NCBI GenBank assembly: GCA_037143275.1
Contig: JBAWZB010000004.1
Span: 23,998-87,997, forward strand
Length of the DNA: 64,000 nt
Source of the DNA: Chitinophagia bacterium
GTDB lineage: Bacteria > Bacteroidota > Bacteroidia > Chitinophagales > Chitinophagaceae
Direction: 5' to 3'
Shown here: positions 8,051 to 18,795 of the stretch, in pieces
How the letters are laid out: each line of letters begins with the position of its first letter
How positions within the stretch are numbered: the stretch's first letter is position 1
Position numbers and translations under genes: made by a program
Notes under the pieces: generated by a model
What the model saw: only the letters and a program-made list of their open reading frames with translations
Databases searched by the model: none
What the model was told of the DNA's origin: nothing

Positions 8051-10186
8051 ATGGAAAATATACAATGGAAGGTAGACGGGATGAGCTGTACCAATTGTGC
8101 ATTATCCATTCACAAATATCTTAGTAGCAAGGGGGTTCATGAGCCGAAAGTGAATTTTATGCAAGGCGAAGTACAATTTGAATTAGAAGATGGCTCTCAA
8201 AAACCAGCATTAATAAAAGGGATACAAGGATTGGGCTATAAAGTCAGAGGTCAAGACACTGAAGCACCAGCAAAAAAATGGTTGGATAATAATAAAGAGC
8301 GAGCCATCTTCTCATTGATCTTTACCCTTCCGCTTATTTTGCATATGATTCCGGGTGTGCACATTCATTGGTTAATGAATCCTTATGTTCAATTGGGTTT
8401 AACCTTGCCGGTATTTATTGTAGGCATGAACTATTTTGGAAAAAGTGCCATCAATAGTTTATTACACGGTATTCCAAATATGAATGTACTGGTGTCTATT
8501 GGGGCCATCGCTTCTTTTGGTTATAGCTTATACGGGACAATCATTGGACAAGGCACACAGTTTGCTTATTATGAAACAACCGCCACCATTTTAACCTTTG
8601 TATTTTTTGGTAATTATTTAGAAGACGCCTCCATTGAATCCACCCAACGTGCTTTAAAAGATTTACTGAAAGCACAGAAAGTGATGGCCAATATGATTGT
8701 CTTTGATGAACATCATAAAGAAGTCATTTTTAATGTGGGTGCTGACACCTTGAAAGTAGGAGATATTTTATTGATTAATTCAGGCGAAACAGTACCGATG
8801 GACTGTAAAATATTGTCTGGGGAAGCAGAAGTGAACGAAGCCATTGTGACTGGGGAAAGTATTCCAGTCTATCGTAGGATGAAGGATATCTTATTAGGCG
8901 GCAGCACCATCGAAAATGGCTCTATCAAAGCCTATGTGACTGCTGTAGGTGATGAGACCGTATTGGCCAATATTTTAAAAATGGTGAAAGCTGCGCAAGG
9001 TGAAAAACCACCTTTACAAATATTAGCAGATAAAATTAGTGCCATTTTTGTACCCTTGGTATTGGGTATTGCTTTAATCACTTTACTTGGAAATTACTTT
9101 TATACCAATATTGGTTTTAGTGAAAGCATGTTAAGAGCTATTGCAGTGTTAGTTATTTCTTGTCCTTGTGCCATGGGATTGGCCACACCAGCAGCCATTG
9201 CAGTTGGACTAGGCAGAGGTGCACGAAATGGGGTTTTATTTAAAAATGCAAAAAGTTTAGAAACCTTCAAGGACATCAAGCAAGTTGTTTTTGATAAAAC
9301 AGGTACTTTAACAACGGGGCAATTTGAGTTGAGTGGTTTTCATATTGTACCAAATGAGCAAGCAGAAATTTCAGAAGACGCATTTAAAATCCTCACCTAT
9401 TCATTAGAAAAATTTTCCAATCATCCCATTGCCAATTGTATTAAGGAAGCATGGAAAACAAAAGAGGCTATTTCTTGGGCAAAAATAGAAGAAGTAAAAG
9501 GGATGGGCATTCAAGCCACAGATAAAGAAGGCAATACCTATTGGGCAGGTTCTTTTAAAACATTAGAGGATAAAACAATTGAAGATGGACACAATATCTA
9601 TATCCAAAAAAACAATCAATTCATTGGATGGATTGATGTGGCAGACCAAATAAGACCAGAAGCAATAGAAGTAGTAGACCAATTACACCAACAAGGCATT
9701 GTCACAATTTTACTAAGTGGAGATAGGGCTGCAAAATGTCAACAAGTTGGTAAGGCATTAGGAATTCAAAAAATTATTGCTGAACAAAGTCCTTCAGAAA
9801 AATTAGCCGTTCTCGATGCTTTAATTAAAATTGCACCAACCGCGATGGTAGGTGATGGCATCAATGACGCTCCAGCACTTGCAAAAGCCACTATTGGAAT
9901 CTCCTTAAGCAACGCATCCCATATTGCTATTCAAAGCGCTCAAGTGGTGTTAATGAACAGCGGATTAAAAAATTTACCGATGTCTTTGGTGTTAGGCAGA
10001 AAAACCTACGAAACCATTAAAGAAAATTTAGGATGGGCATTCTCTTACAATATCATTGCTATCCCAGTGGCAGCGTTAGGATTTTTGGGTACATGGGGTC
10101 CAACCTATGGCGCCATGATCATGGCACTGAGTGATGTGGTCTTAGCATTGAATTCACTAAGGTTATTTAAAAAGAAATTAAATTAA
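8051..10186 (+). CDS. copA: heavy-metal (probably Cu+) P1B-type ATPase
   Basis: HMA domain GMSCTNC, plus TGES, CPC, DKTGT, HP, GDGINDAP and YN motifs. Confidence 0.85.
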   Translation: MENIQWKVDGMSCTNCALSIHKYLSSKGVHEPKVNFMQGEVQFELEDGSQKPALIKGIQGLGYKVRGQDTEAPAKKWLDNNKERAIFSLIFTLPLILHMIPGVHIHWLMNPYVQLGLTLPVFIVGMNYFGKSAINSLLHGIPNMNVLVSIGAIASFGYSLYGTIIGQGTQFAYYETTATILTFVFFGNYLEDASIESTQRALKDLLKAQKVMANMIVFDEHHKEVIFNVGADTLKVGDILLINSGETVPMDCKILSGEAEVNEAIVTGESIPVYRRMKDILLGGSTIENGSIKAYVTAVGDETVLANILKMVKAAQGEKPPLQILADKISAIFVPLVLGIALITLLGNYFYTNIGFSESMLRAIAVLVISCPCAMGLATPAAIAVGLGRGARNGVLFKNAKSLETFKDIKQVVFDKTGTLTTGQFELSGFHIVPNEQAEISEDAFKILTYSLEKFSNHPIANCIKEAWKTKEAISWAKIEEVKGMGIQATDKEGNTYWAGSFKTLEDKTIEDGHNIYIQKNNQFIGWIDVADQIRPEAIEVVDQLHQQGIVTILLSGDRAAKCQQVGKALGIQKIIAEQSPSEKLAVLDALIKIAPTAMVGDGINDAPALAKATIGISLSNASHIAIQSAQVVLMNSGLKNLPMSLVLGRKTYETIKENLGWAFSYNIIAIPVAALGFLGTWGPTYGAMIMALSDVVLALNSLRLFKKKLN

Positions 10187-10204
10187 AACGATTCAATACA
10201 TCGA

Positions 10205-11917
10205 TTGGAAGCCTTAGTTGACATATTAAAAAAGCATTGGAACTATGATGGATTTAGGCCACAGCAGCTAGCTGTCATTGAGTCTATCTTGTCTGGCAAA
10301 GATACACTTGCCTTACTGCCTACAGGTGCTGGAAAGTCTATCTGCTTTCAAGTACCCACCATCTACCAAAGAGGCATCTGCATTGTGGTCAGCCCCTTGA
10401 TTGCACTCATGCAAGATCAAGTGCAGGACTTAATCTCTAAACAATTAAAAGCAGTTTTATTAGGAAGCCAGCTGAGTGCGTATGAAGAGTCAATTGTATT
10501 TAAAGAGATTGAAGCAAAAAAATACCAATTCATTTATTGCTCTCCTGAGAAATTAGTGCAAAAACATTTTCAAACTTTATTAAGCACTTTACCAATTCAG
10601 TTGTTTGCCATTGATGAAGCGCATTGCATTTCACAATGGGGTTATGATTTTAGACCGAGCTATCGCAAATTAGACTTTTTGAAAAAAACTTTTCCGACCA
10701 TTCCTATTTTAGCAATGACAGCATCGGCCATCCCTTTGGTACAAAAAGACATGTTAAAACAATTGGGTGTGGAGGAAGCCAACCTAATTACAGATCAATT
10801 TTTAAGGCCGAACCTAAGCTATCAAGTCAAAAAAGAAACAGTTAAGTTATTTGTCTTAAAGAATACATTAAAAGAAATCACAGGATCAGTCATTATCTAT
10901 TGCAATACTAGAAACAACGTTGCGCAACTTGCAAGTATGTTAACCAGTTATGGATTTTCTGTTGCAGGGTATCATGCAGGTATGGACTTGAATGAACGTA
11001 AAAAAGTGCAAAAGGATTGGATGCAAGATAAAATTCAGATGATTGTTTCTACAAGTGCTTTTGGAATGGGGATTAATAAAACCAATGTGCGTGCAGTCAT
11101 CCACTTTGATATTCCCGGTAGCATTGAACAATACTATCAAGAGGCCGGAAGAGCCGGAAGAGATGGATTGCCTGCAAAAGCCATTTTACTCTACCAACAA
11201 AATGACTTGGACTATTGGAATCAATTACAAGAAAAAAAGATACCTGCCATCTCTGTCATTAAAAATATATTTCAAGACCTTGCTGATTTTGTGCAGCTAC
11301 CCGTAGGCATGGGCGAACAACAGCAATTTTTATTTGACTTTGAGTTATTTTGTGTACAATTTAAGTTGGATAAAATCATTGCAAGAAATGCTTTACAATG
11401 GATCGAACAAGAGGGGCATGTTAAATTTTCTCCAAGCTCATTCAAGCCCACACTGGTACAAGTGATTGAAAACAGAATTAGTATTCAATTATTCGAAAAA
11501 CAATATCCTGAATCGGGTTTTGTGTTACAAACTTTACTAAGGACCTACGGTGGTATTTTAGATAGCCCCCAATATATCAATGAAGGTATGCTGGCAAAAT
11601 TATTGCAACGTGATGTTGATTTTGTGCTAATGCAATTAAAGCAGTTGCAACAATATGGCATGATTTCATTGGAACAAAAAGCCAATCAACCCATTGTTCA
11701 ATTTAAGTGGAATAGGGCATCTGCCGAATTCATGACACTTAATTTGGATGAATACCAAGCTAGAAAATTAGCCTTCGAAGACCGCATTCAAGCAATGAGA
11801 GATTATATAGGGGGCAGATTAGTGACTTGTAGAAATGTGTTTCTTGCAAAATATTTTGGAGAAAATGCACCTCAAAACTGTGGAATATGCGACCTTTGTT
11901 TAGCGACTAAGTGTTAG
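10205..11917 (+). CDS. RecQ-family ATP-dependent DNA helicase (short paralogue, no HRDC domain seen)
   Basis: LPTGAGKS, DEAHCISQWGYDFRPSY, QEAGRAGRDG and a C-terminal Zn motif CR...CGICDLC; TTG start. Confidence 0.9.
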   Translation: MEALVDILKKHWNYDGFRPQQLAVIESILSGKDTLALLPTGAGKSICFQVPTIYQRGICIVVSPLIALMQDQVQDLISKQLKAVLLGSQLSAYEESIVFKEIEAKKYQFIYCSPEKLVQKHFQTLLSTLPIQLFAIDEAHCISQWGYDFRPSYRKLDFLKKTFPTIPILAMTASAIPLVQKDMLKQLGVEEANLITDQFLRPNLSYQVKKETVKLFVLKNTLKEITGSVIIYCNTRNNVAQLASMLTSYGFSVAGYHAGMDLNERKKVQKDWMQDKIQMIVSTSAFGMGINKTNVRAVIHFDIPGSIEQYYQEAGRAGRDGLPAKAILLYQQNDLDYWNQLQEKKIPAISVIKNIFQDLADFVQLPVGMGEQQQFLFDFELFCVQFKLDKIIARNALQWIEQEGHVKFSPSSFKPTLVQVIENRISIQLFEKQYPESGFVLQTLLRTYGGILDSPQYINEGMLAKLLQRDVDFVLMQLKQLQQYGMISLEQKANQPIVQFKWNRASAEFMTLNLDEYQARKLAFEDRIQAMRDYIGGRLVTCRNVFLAKYFGENAPQNCGICDLCLATKC

Positions 11918-11997
11918 TTGTATTTTTAACAAAAGATTGGAATCCCATTTTATAGTTTAAAAAATAAAATGTGTTCCTTTACACAAAGCAAGTAATT

Positions 11998-12696
11998 ATG
12001 GAAGACAAGAAGAAGAATAAAATCCTTTTATGCGAAGACGATAGTAATTTAGGTTTAGTTTTAAAAAACTTTTTAGAATTAAACGATTACGATGTGACGC
12101 TTGAAAGAGACGGCAGATTAGGACTTGGTGCTTTTCAACGTGAAAAATTTGACCTTTGTTTATTAGACGTGATGATGCCGAATGTGGATGGGTTTACATT
12201 GGCCGAAGAAATCAGGGATATTGACCCAGATGTGCCATTGTTTTTTTTAAGTGCAAAAACATTAAAAGAAGACATCATTCAAGGCTACAGACTTGGTGCA
12301 GATGATTATATCACCAAGCCATTTGATAGTGATGTATTAATGCATAAGATTAAAGCCATTATCAAGCGAAACGAGGAAGACCATAAAGTGACAGACAATC
12401 TTGAATTTGATTTAGGCGCTTACCATTTTAATCCAAAATTGAGGGAATTAAAATTTAAAGAAAATACACAAGTCCTTTCGCCTAAAGAAAATGAATTATT
12501 AAAAATGCTCGCAGAATATAAGAATGATTTATTGACCAGAGAAAAAGCATTGAAAAAAATATGGGGAAGTGACACTTATTTTAATGGAAGAAGCATGGAT
12601 GTGTATATTGCTAAATTGAGAAAATATTTAAAAGAAGATAGTAACATAGAAATTGTCAATATCCATGGAAATGGATTTAGATTGGTGGTACAATAA
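11998..12696 (+). CDS. OmpR-family response regulator (RprY-like), no adjacent kinase
   Basis: Receiver domain EDD...LDVMMP...KPF and winged-helix SMDVYIAKLRK...GNGFRL. Start at ATG 11998 (track 11971). Confidence 0.9.
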   Translation: MEDKKKNKILLCEDDSNLGLVLKNFLELNDYDVTLERDGRLGLGAFQREKFDLCLLDVMMPNVDGFTLAEEIRDIDPDVPLFFLSAKTLKEDIIQGYRLGADDYITKPFDSDVLMHKIKAIIKRNEEDHKVTDNLEFDLGAYHFNPKLRELKFKENTQVLSPKENELLKMLAEYKNDLLTREKALKKIWGSDTYFNGRSMDVYIAKLRKYLKEDSNIEIVNIHGNGFRLVVQ

Positions 12697-12717
12697 GTTT
12701 ATTGTACCCTTTATGAT

Positions 12718-13755
12718 CTATCTAAATAATTCAGGATTGTCTCCAAAGCCTTGTCCTTTATGCTTGCCAAGGTGCTCGTAAGCCTTAAAAGTGACTTCCC
12801 TACCCCTAGGCGTTCTTTGTAAAAACCCTTCTTGAATTAAGAATGGCTCATACACTTCTTCGATGGTGCCTGACTCCTCGCCCACTGCTGTTGCAATGGT
12901 GGTTATCCCAACAGGTCCACCTTTGAATTTTTCTATGATAGCAAGCAAAATACGATTGTCCATTTCATCCAAGCCATGCGCATCTACATTCAATGCTTTT
13001 AGTGCATGTTGTGTGATCCCTAAATCAACAATACCATCGTTTAAAACTTGCGCAAAATCCCTTACCCTTCTTAATAAGCCATTCGCAATCCTTGGGGTTC
13101 CTCTGCTTCTTCTTGCGATCTCGCCTGCAGCACTTGAATCTACTTTCACTTCTAAGATGCCTGCACTTCTTTCAATAATTTTTTGCAAGACAGGTGCAGG
13201 ATAATATTCCAATCTTGATTTAATGCCAAAACGGGATAACAAAGGCGCAGTTAATAACCCACTTCGAGTGGTGGCGCCAACTAAGGTGAATGGATTTAAA
13301 TTAATCTGCACAGATCTTGCATTGGGACCACTATCAATTAAAATGTCAATTTTATAGTCTTCCATGGCTGCATACAAATACTCTTCGACCACAGTACTCA
13401 ATCGATGGATCTCGTCAATAAATAAAACATCATTCGGTTCTAAGCTAGTCAATAAGCCTGCCAAATCACTTGGTTTTTCTATCACCGGACCAGATGTTTC
13501 CTTAATCTGAACCCCCATTTCATTGGCAACGATTCTGCTTAATGTCGTTTTACCTAAACCGGGAGGGCCATGAAATAAAATATGATCCAAAGCCTCTCCT
13601 CTAAGCTTTGCAGCCTTAATAAAAATGCTAATATTTTCAATCAACTGTGGCTGACCTGCAAAAGCATCCATGGCAGCAGGACGAATGGTATTTTCAAACT
13701 CTCTGTCCTGAGTTGGTATATTTTGAAAAGGCCTATCCAAGTTTTGGTTTGACAT
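12718..13755 (-). CDS. ruvB: Holliday junction branch-migration helicase
   Basis: [24 protein letters not shown] and RGTPRIAN. Confidence 0.97.
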   Translation of the reverse strand: MSNQNLDRPFQNIPTQDREFENTIRPAAMDAFAGQPQLIENISIFIKAAKLRGEALDHILFHGPPGLGKTTLSRIVANEMGVQIKETSGPVIEKPSDLAGLLTSLEPNDVLFIDEIHRLSTVVEEYLYAAMEDYKIDILIDSGPNARSVQINLNPFTLVGATTRSGLLTAPLLSRFGIKSRLEYYPAPVLQKIIERSAGILEVKVDSSAAGEIARRSRGTPRIANGLLRRVRDFAQVLNDGIVDLGITQHALKALNVDAHGLDEMDNRILLAIIEKFKGGPVGITTIATAVGEESGTIEEVYEPFLIQEGFLQRTPRGREVTFKAYEHLGKHKGQGFGDNPELFR

Positions 13756-13763
13756 TTAAATGA

Positions 13764-15863
13764 TTATTTTGAAGCAGGCATTGCCTTCTCCAATAAGTGC
13801 TTGTAAATAAATTGATTTTTTAAATCCGTAAAATGTTTGCCTTTGGCACCACCCCAACCATGACGGCCTCCAGGATACAACATGAATTCAACTTGTTTCC
13901 CTTGCTCTTGTAAAGCACTCAATAATTGAATGGTATTTTGCATATGCACATTGTCATCCATCGTACCATGCACCAATTGTAATACGCCTTTAAAGTTTTT
14001 AAGATGCGTCAGCACACTACCAGACTTATATCCTTCTGGGTTTTCTGCTGGTGTATCCATAAAGCGTTCTGTATAATGTGAATCATATAATTCCCAAGAT
14101 GTGACACTTCCTCCAGCCATGGCATGGGTGAATACAGATGCACCATATGTCAATGCATAACAACTCATATAACCACCATAACTAAATCCAGTGATGGCAA
14201 TTTTAGTAGGATCCGCTTGGCCATTGGCGATAAACCATTTTGCCATGGTCATATAATCTTCCATTTCCCAATAACCCAAATTACGGTACATATAATTGAC
14301 GCCCTCTTTTCCAAAATGTCCACTTGCTCGGTGATCAAAAGCCACCTGAATTAAACCTTCTTGTGCCCATGCTTCTCTTGTTGGCGTAGAAGACCAACTA
14401 TCCATGACTGTGCCTGCATTTGGTCCACCATAAATACTCACTAATAATGGATATTTTTTATTTGGATCCATATTTTTAGGCCAAGTCACTAAGGCTGGTA
14501 ATTCAAATAAGCCATCTGCACTCTTAATGCGAATTATTTCTGTTTTAGCCAATTTAGTCGCATCAAAATTAGCTGGTGTTGCTGCACCTAAGACTTCTAC
14601 TGTTTTCTTTTGTGTATTAATAACAGCCATCGAAGTTGGTGTTTGAATATTGCTATATACCGTAACAAAGTTTTTTGCATCAGGAGCTAAATAGACTTGT
14701 GCATTGTTGAAATCTCCAACGGTCAATCTTTTTTGATTTTTACCATCAAAACCAATCGAGTATAAATCTATTCTTGCACTATTTTCTATCCCTCTTGCAG
14801 TAAAATAAATGGTTTTATTTTTTTCATCAATTTGACGAATGCCTAAAACTGTAAATTTACCATTGGTGATAGGATATTGCAATTTACCTTCCATGTCATA
14901 CATATACAATTGATTCCATCCGCTAGCATCTGCTTGTGCAATGTAGCCTTTGTTGTTTGGGATAAAATTAATTCTACCGCCGTTTCTGTCTTCTAAATCA
15001 ATCCATGTTTTTTGGTATTCTGTGTACACAGGCTTTTTTGCACCTGTGGTCATGTTCAATTCATAGATTTTCAAGTTATTTTGACCACGATCCATCCAAC
15101 TCAACCACATACTGTTGTTATTCGGATTCCAAATAGGCCATCCAAAATATTGATCATCCGCTTCATTAAAATCAGCCCAAGTAATGTTTCCACCATCAGG
15201 TGTTGTCCATCCAATTTTTACTGTTGGATTTTGATCCCCTGCTTTTGGATACCTTGTTTCTTCTACAAATCCATGCTGTCCCTCGCTATTGTAAATTGGG
15301 AACATAGGTACTTTACGCTCATCAAAACGCATAAATGAAATGTACTTGCTGTCTGGACTCCACCAAAAAGCACGGTACTGTGTTGGACGACCAAAGATTT
15401 CTTCAAAATACACCCAACTAGCATAACCATTTAAAATACCAGTAGCGCCATCATTGGTAATCGCCACTTCCTTCTTAGTCGCTAAGGATAAAGTGTATAA
15501 ATTATTATTTTTTGTATAGCCTACATAATTTCCATCTGGTGATAAAGTAGGATTTTTTTCCTCTTCTTTGTCAAAAGTCAATTGTACTTCTGATTCATTT
15601 TCTTTTAAAAACAGATCTCCTTTTTTAAAGACCACTGATTTTTCGGTAGGTACCGCATCTGCAGGAGCAATGGTATATTGCTTTGTTACTAGATTGTACA
15701 CGTAATTTTTTGGTGCAGCATCGTCGCCTCTTTTTGTATTCAATACAAACTGATTGTTGTCTACCCAACGAACAAAACGCGGCAAGCCATTTTGAGGCAT
15801 TTGCGCTATCACTGAAAACGAGCTTAAACTGAAAAGGACTGCAAATAAGATTGTTTTTTTCAT
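13764..15863 (-). CDS. S9B dipeptidyl-peptidase IV-like serine peptidase with signal peptide
   Basis: WWSPDS, YPKAG, nucleophile GFSYGG, HGTMDDNVH and GRHG. Confidence 0.9.
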   Translation of the reverse strand: MKKTILFAVLFSLSSFSVIAQMPQNGLPRFVRWVDNNQFVLNTKRGDDAAPKNYVYNLVTKQYTIAPADAVPTEKSVVFKKGDLFLKENESEVQLTFDKEEEKNPTLSPDGNYVGYTKNNNLYTLSLATKKEVAITNDGATGILNGYASWVYFEEIFGRPTQYRAFWWSPDSKYISFMRFDERKVPMFPIYNSEGQHGFVEETRYPKAGDQNPTVKIGWTTPDGGNITWADFNEADDQYFGWPIWNPNNNSMWLSWMDRGQNNLKIYELNMTTGAKKPVYTEYQKTWIDLEDRNGGRINFIPNNKGYIAQADASGWNQLYMYDMEGKLQYPITNGKFTVLGIRQIDEKNKTIYFTARGIENSARIDLYSIGFDGKNQKRLTVGDFNNAQVYLAPDAKNFVTVYSNIQTPTSMAVINTQKKTVEVLGAATPANFDATKLAKTEIIRIKSADGLFELPALVTWPKNMDPNKKYPLLVSIYGGPNAGTVMDSWSSTPTREAWAQEGLIQVAFDHRASGHFGKEGVNYMYRNLGYWEMEDYMTMAKWFIANGQADPTKIAITGFSYGGYMSCYALTYGASVFTHAMAGGSVTSWELYDSHYTERFMDTPAENPEGYKSGSVLTHLKNFKGVLQLVHGTMDDNVHMQNTIQLLSALQEQGKQVEFMLYPGGRHGWGGAKGKHFTDLKNQFIYKHLLEKAMPASK

Positions 15864-15879
15864 AGTATTTAATTTTATG

Positions 15880-18630
15880 CTAAATCACCACATTGATCAT
15901 TTTACCTTTTACGAATATGAGTTTTTTTATTGGTTTTTCTTCTATCCATTTTTGAATTAATTCATGATTGAGAACAATTTCATGAACCTGTGCTTCTGTA
16001 GCATCTAAATCAATGGCAATATTGGCCCTTACTTTTCCATTGATACTCACCGGATACTCCTTAGAAGTCTCAATTACATATTTTTCGTTAAAGATTGGGA
16101 ACCCTGCATCAATCACCAAGCCCTGATGGCCAATTAAGGACCAAAGTTCCTCGCTAATATGAGGTGCATAAGGCGCCAATAAAATAAGTACCTGCGCTAA
16201 GACTTCTTTTTTATGACAGCCCAAATCAAACAATTCATTCACGCAAATCATAAAACTACTCACAGCAGTATTGTAACTATGTCGCTCTGTATCGTCTTCT
16301 ATTTTTTTAATAGTTTTATGTAGCACTTTTAACTCTGCTGGTGTTGCTTTTTCATCTACCCAAACTCGCCCTTTTGTTTCGTCATAAAACAACCTCCATA
16401 ATTTTTTCAAAAAACGGTGTACCCCTTCTATGCCTTTGGTATCCCATGGCTTGCTTTGTTCCACAGGTCCCAAGAACATTTCATACATCCTAAAAGTATC
16501 TGCACCATATTTTTCTACAAGCACATCTGGATTCACCGTATTGAATTTGGACTTAGACATTTTTTCTACTTCTACACCACAGATATATTTTCCATCTTCT
16601 AATTCAAAAGTGGCATTGGCATAATCGGGTTTCCATTTTTTAAACGCATCGGTATCCAATACAAGTCCGTCTACAATATTCACATCTACATGCAATTGAT
16701 CTACTTCCATTGTCTTTACCAATCCTGCTGAAACAAAAACTTGGGTACCTCTTTTGCGGTAGACAAAACGAGAGCTTCCTTGGATCATCCCTTGATTCAG
16801 TAATTTTTTAAACGGTTCGTCAAAACCAATATGTCCTAAATCATACAAAGCCTTGGTCCACATTCTGCTATACAATAAATGACCAACAGCATGTTCCGTG
16901 CCGCCAATATATAAATCTACCTGACCCCAATAATCACTCACTTTTCGATCACAAAAAGTATCGGTATTGTGTGGATCCATATACCTTAAAAAATACCAGC
17001 TACTCCCAGCAAATCCAGGCATGGTATTGGTCTCAAAGCGATTGGCTTTCCAGTCTTCAATATTTGCTAGTGGTCCTTCTCCATCTGGACCCGGTCCGTA
17101 ATTTTCGACAGTAGGCAATAACAAAGGCAAATCCGTTTCTGATAAAGGATAAGCAATCCCATTTTTCCATTGAATTGGGAATGGCTCACCCCAATAACGT
17201 TGTCTACTAAATGCAGCATCGCGCATACGGAAATTGACCTTCTTTTTTCCGATACCCATTGCCTCTAATTTTTCTATCACAATCGCAATAGCGTCTTTTT
17301 GAACTAGCCCATTTAAAAAATCACTATTGCTCAAAATACCAACCTTTGTTGGATTGGCAGCAGTGCCATCAAAGGCATCTCCTATAATATTAGTAATAGG
17401 TATTTTAAAATGTTGTGCAAATTTAAAATCGCGATCATCCCCACAAGGCACCGCCATAATCGCACCTGTTCCATAACCAGCAAGCACATATTCAGATATC
17501 CAAATTGGAATGCGTTGTTGATTGAATGGGTTCACTACATAGGCGCCTGTAAAACAGCCGGTAATTTTTTTCTCTGCTATGCGTTCACGCTCGCTTCTGC
17601 TTTTAACATAAGCAATATAGGCTTCAACTTCTTGTTGATGCGATGCAGGTAAAATTTCTTTTATCAAAGGATGTTCTGGCGCCACTACTAAAAAATCTAC
17701 TCCAAAAACGGTATCAGGTCTTGTAGTATATACGGTGATAGTTGCTGTGTGATCTGCTACTTTAAAATCAATTTCTGCACCATCACTTTTACCGATCCAA
17801 TTAGATTGCATCTCTTTCATTGCATCGCTAAATTGGATGGTACCTAATCCGTCCAGTAATCTATCTGCATACTCTGTGATGCGTAAATACCATTGACGTA
17901 ATTTCTTTTTTTCTACAGGATGCCCTCCTCTTTCACTATATCCATTAATCACTTCGTCATTGGCTAATACGGTGCCTAATGCTGCACACCAGTTCACTTC
18001 ACCAAAGCCACAAAATGCCAATCGATATTGCATCAGTATATCTTGCTGGGCTTTCTCATCCCAACTATTCCAATTGGCTGCAGTAAAATTTAAAGTAGGA
18101 TCCGCAGGACAAACTTGATGCACATTACCTTCTTTTTCGAATACCAATACCAATGCGGTGATTGGATGGGCCTTATTTAAAATGCGATCAAAATAGCTAC
18201 CGAATAATTGTAAGAAAATCCACTGCGTCCATTTATAGTATGTCGCATCGCAGGTTCTCAGTTCTCTATCCCAATCATAACAAAATCCAATATTGTCTAA
18301 TTGACTTCTAAAATTATCAATATTGTTGTGTGTGCTTTTTAAAGGATGTACCCCATGCTCTAAAGCATATTGTTCTGCAGGTAATCCAAATGCATCGTAT
18401 CCCATTGGATGTAAGACATTGAATCCTTTTAATCTTTTATACCTACTGTAAATATCTGAAGCGATATAACCTAAAGGATGTCCCACGTGCAAGCCAGCGC
18501 CACTTGGATAAGGAAACATATCTAAGACATAACATTTTGGCTTATTGCTTTGATTGGAGACCTGATATGCTTTCAGATTTTTCCAGCTTGTTTGCCATTT
18601 TTTTTCGATTGTCCTAAATTGATACTCCAT
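15880..18630 (-). CDS. leuS: leucine--tRNA ligase
   Basis: MFPYPSGAGLHVGH, GYDAFGLPAEQ, editing-domain GTGAIMAVP and KMSKS. Confidence 0.98.
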   Translation of the reverse strand: MEYQFRTIEKKWQTSWKNLKAYQVSNQSNKPKCYVLDMFPYPSGAGLHVGHPLGYIASDIYSRYKRLKGFNVLHPMGYDAFGLPAEQYALEHGVHPLKSTHNNIDNFRSQLDNIGFCYDWDRELRTCDATYYKWTQWIFLQLFGSYFDRILNKAHPITALVLVFEKEGNVHQVCPADPTLNFTAANWNSWDEKAQQDILMQYRLAFCGFGEVNWCAALGTVLANDEVINGYSERGGHPVEKKKLRQWYLRITEYADRLLDGLGTIQFSDAMKEMQSNWIGKSDGAEIDFKVADHTATITVYTTRPDTVFGVDFLVVAPEHPLIKEILPASHQQEVEAYIAYVKSRSERERIAEKKITGCFTGAYVVNPFNQQRIPIWISEYVLAGYGTGAIMAVPCGDDRDFKFAQHFKIPITNIIGDAFDGTAANPTKVGILSNSDFLNGLVQKDAIAIVIEKLEAMGIGKKKVNFRMRDAAFSRQRYWGEPFPIQWKNGIAYPLSETDLPLLLPTVENYGPGPDGEGPLANIEDWKANRFETNTMPGFAGSSWYFLRYMDPHNTDTFCDRKVSDYWGQVDLYIGGTEHAVGHLLYSRMWTKALYDLGHIGFDEPFKKLLNQGMIQGSSRFVYRKRGTQVFVSAGLVKTMEVDQLHVDVNIVDGLVLDTDAFKKWKPDYANATFELEDGKYICGVEVEKMSKSKFNTVNPDVLVEKYGADTFRMYEMFLGPVEQSKPWDTKGIEGVHRFLKKLWRLFYDETKGRVWVDEKATPAELKVLHKTIKKIEDDTERHSYNTAVSSFMICVNELFDLGCHKKEVLAQVLILLAPYAPHISEELWSLIGHQGLVIDAGFPIFNEKYVIETSKEYPVSINGKVRANIAIDLDATEAQVHEIVLNHELIQKWIEEKPIKKLIFVKGKMINVVI

Positions 18631-18730
18631 CTGCTAAATTTTCTTAAAAATCTGTAATTATTCGGTTTTGAATCTTCTTGCCCACCATCGTGCCTATTTT
18701 TAACAAAAATTGGGCATAATTCGGCCTTTG

Positions 18731-18767
18731 CAAATGTAAGTGTTTAGCGTTCAAAACCCTACATTTG
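18731..18767. promoter_or_regulatory. back-to-back -7 elements (TACATTTG on both strands) for leuS and ftsX
   Basis: CAAATGTA at 18731-18738 (reads TACATTTG on the minus strand) and TACATTTG at 18760-18767. Confidence 0.6.
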
Positions 18768-18795
18768 CAGAGCGAACAAGTAAAATTTTAATGCC

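Noticed and set aside
11998-12696. Response regulator without an adjacent kinase
   Set aside because: Unlinked two-component partners are common, and nothing else here is unusual.
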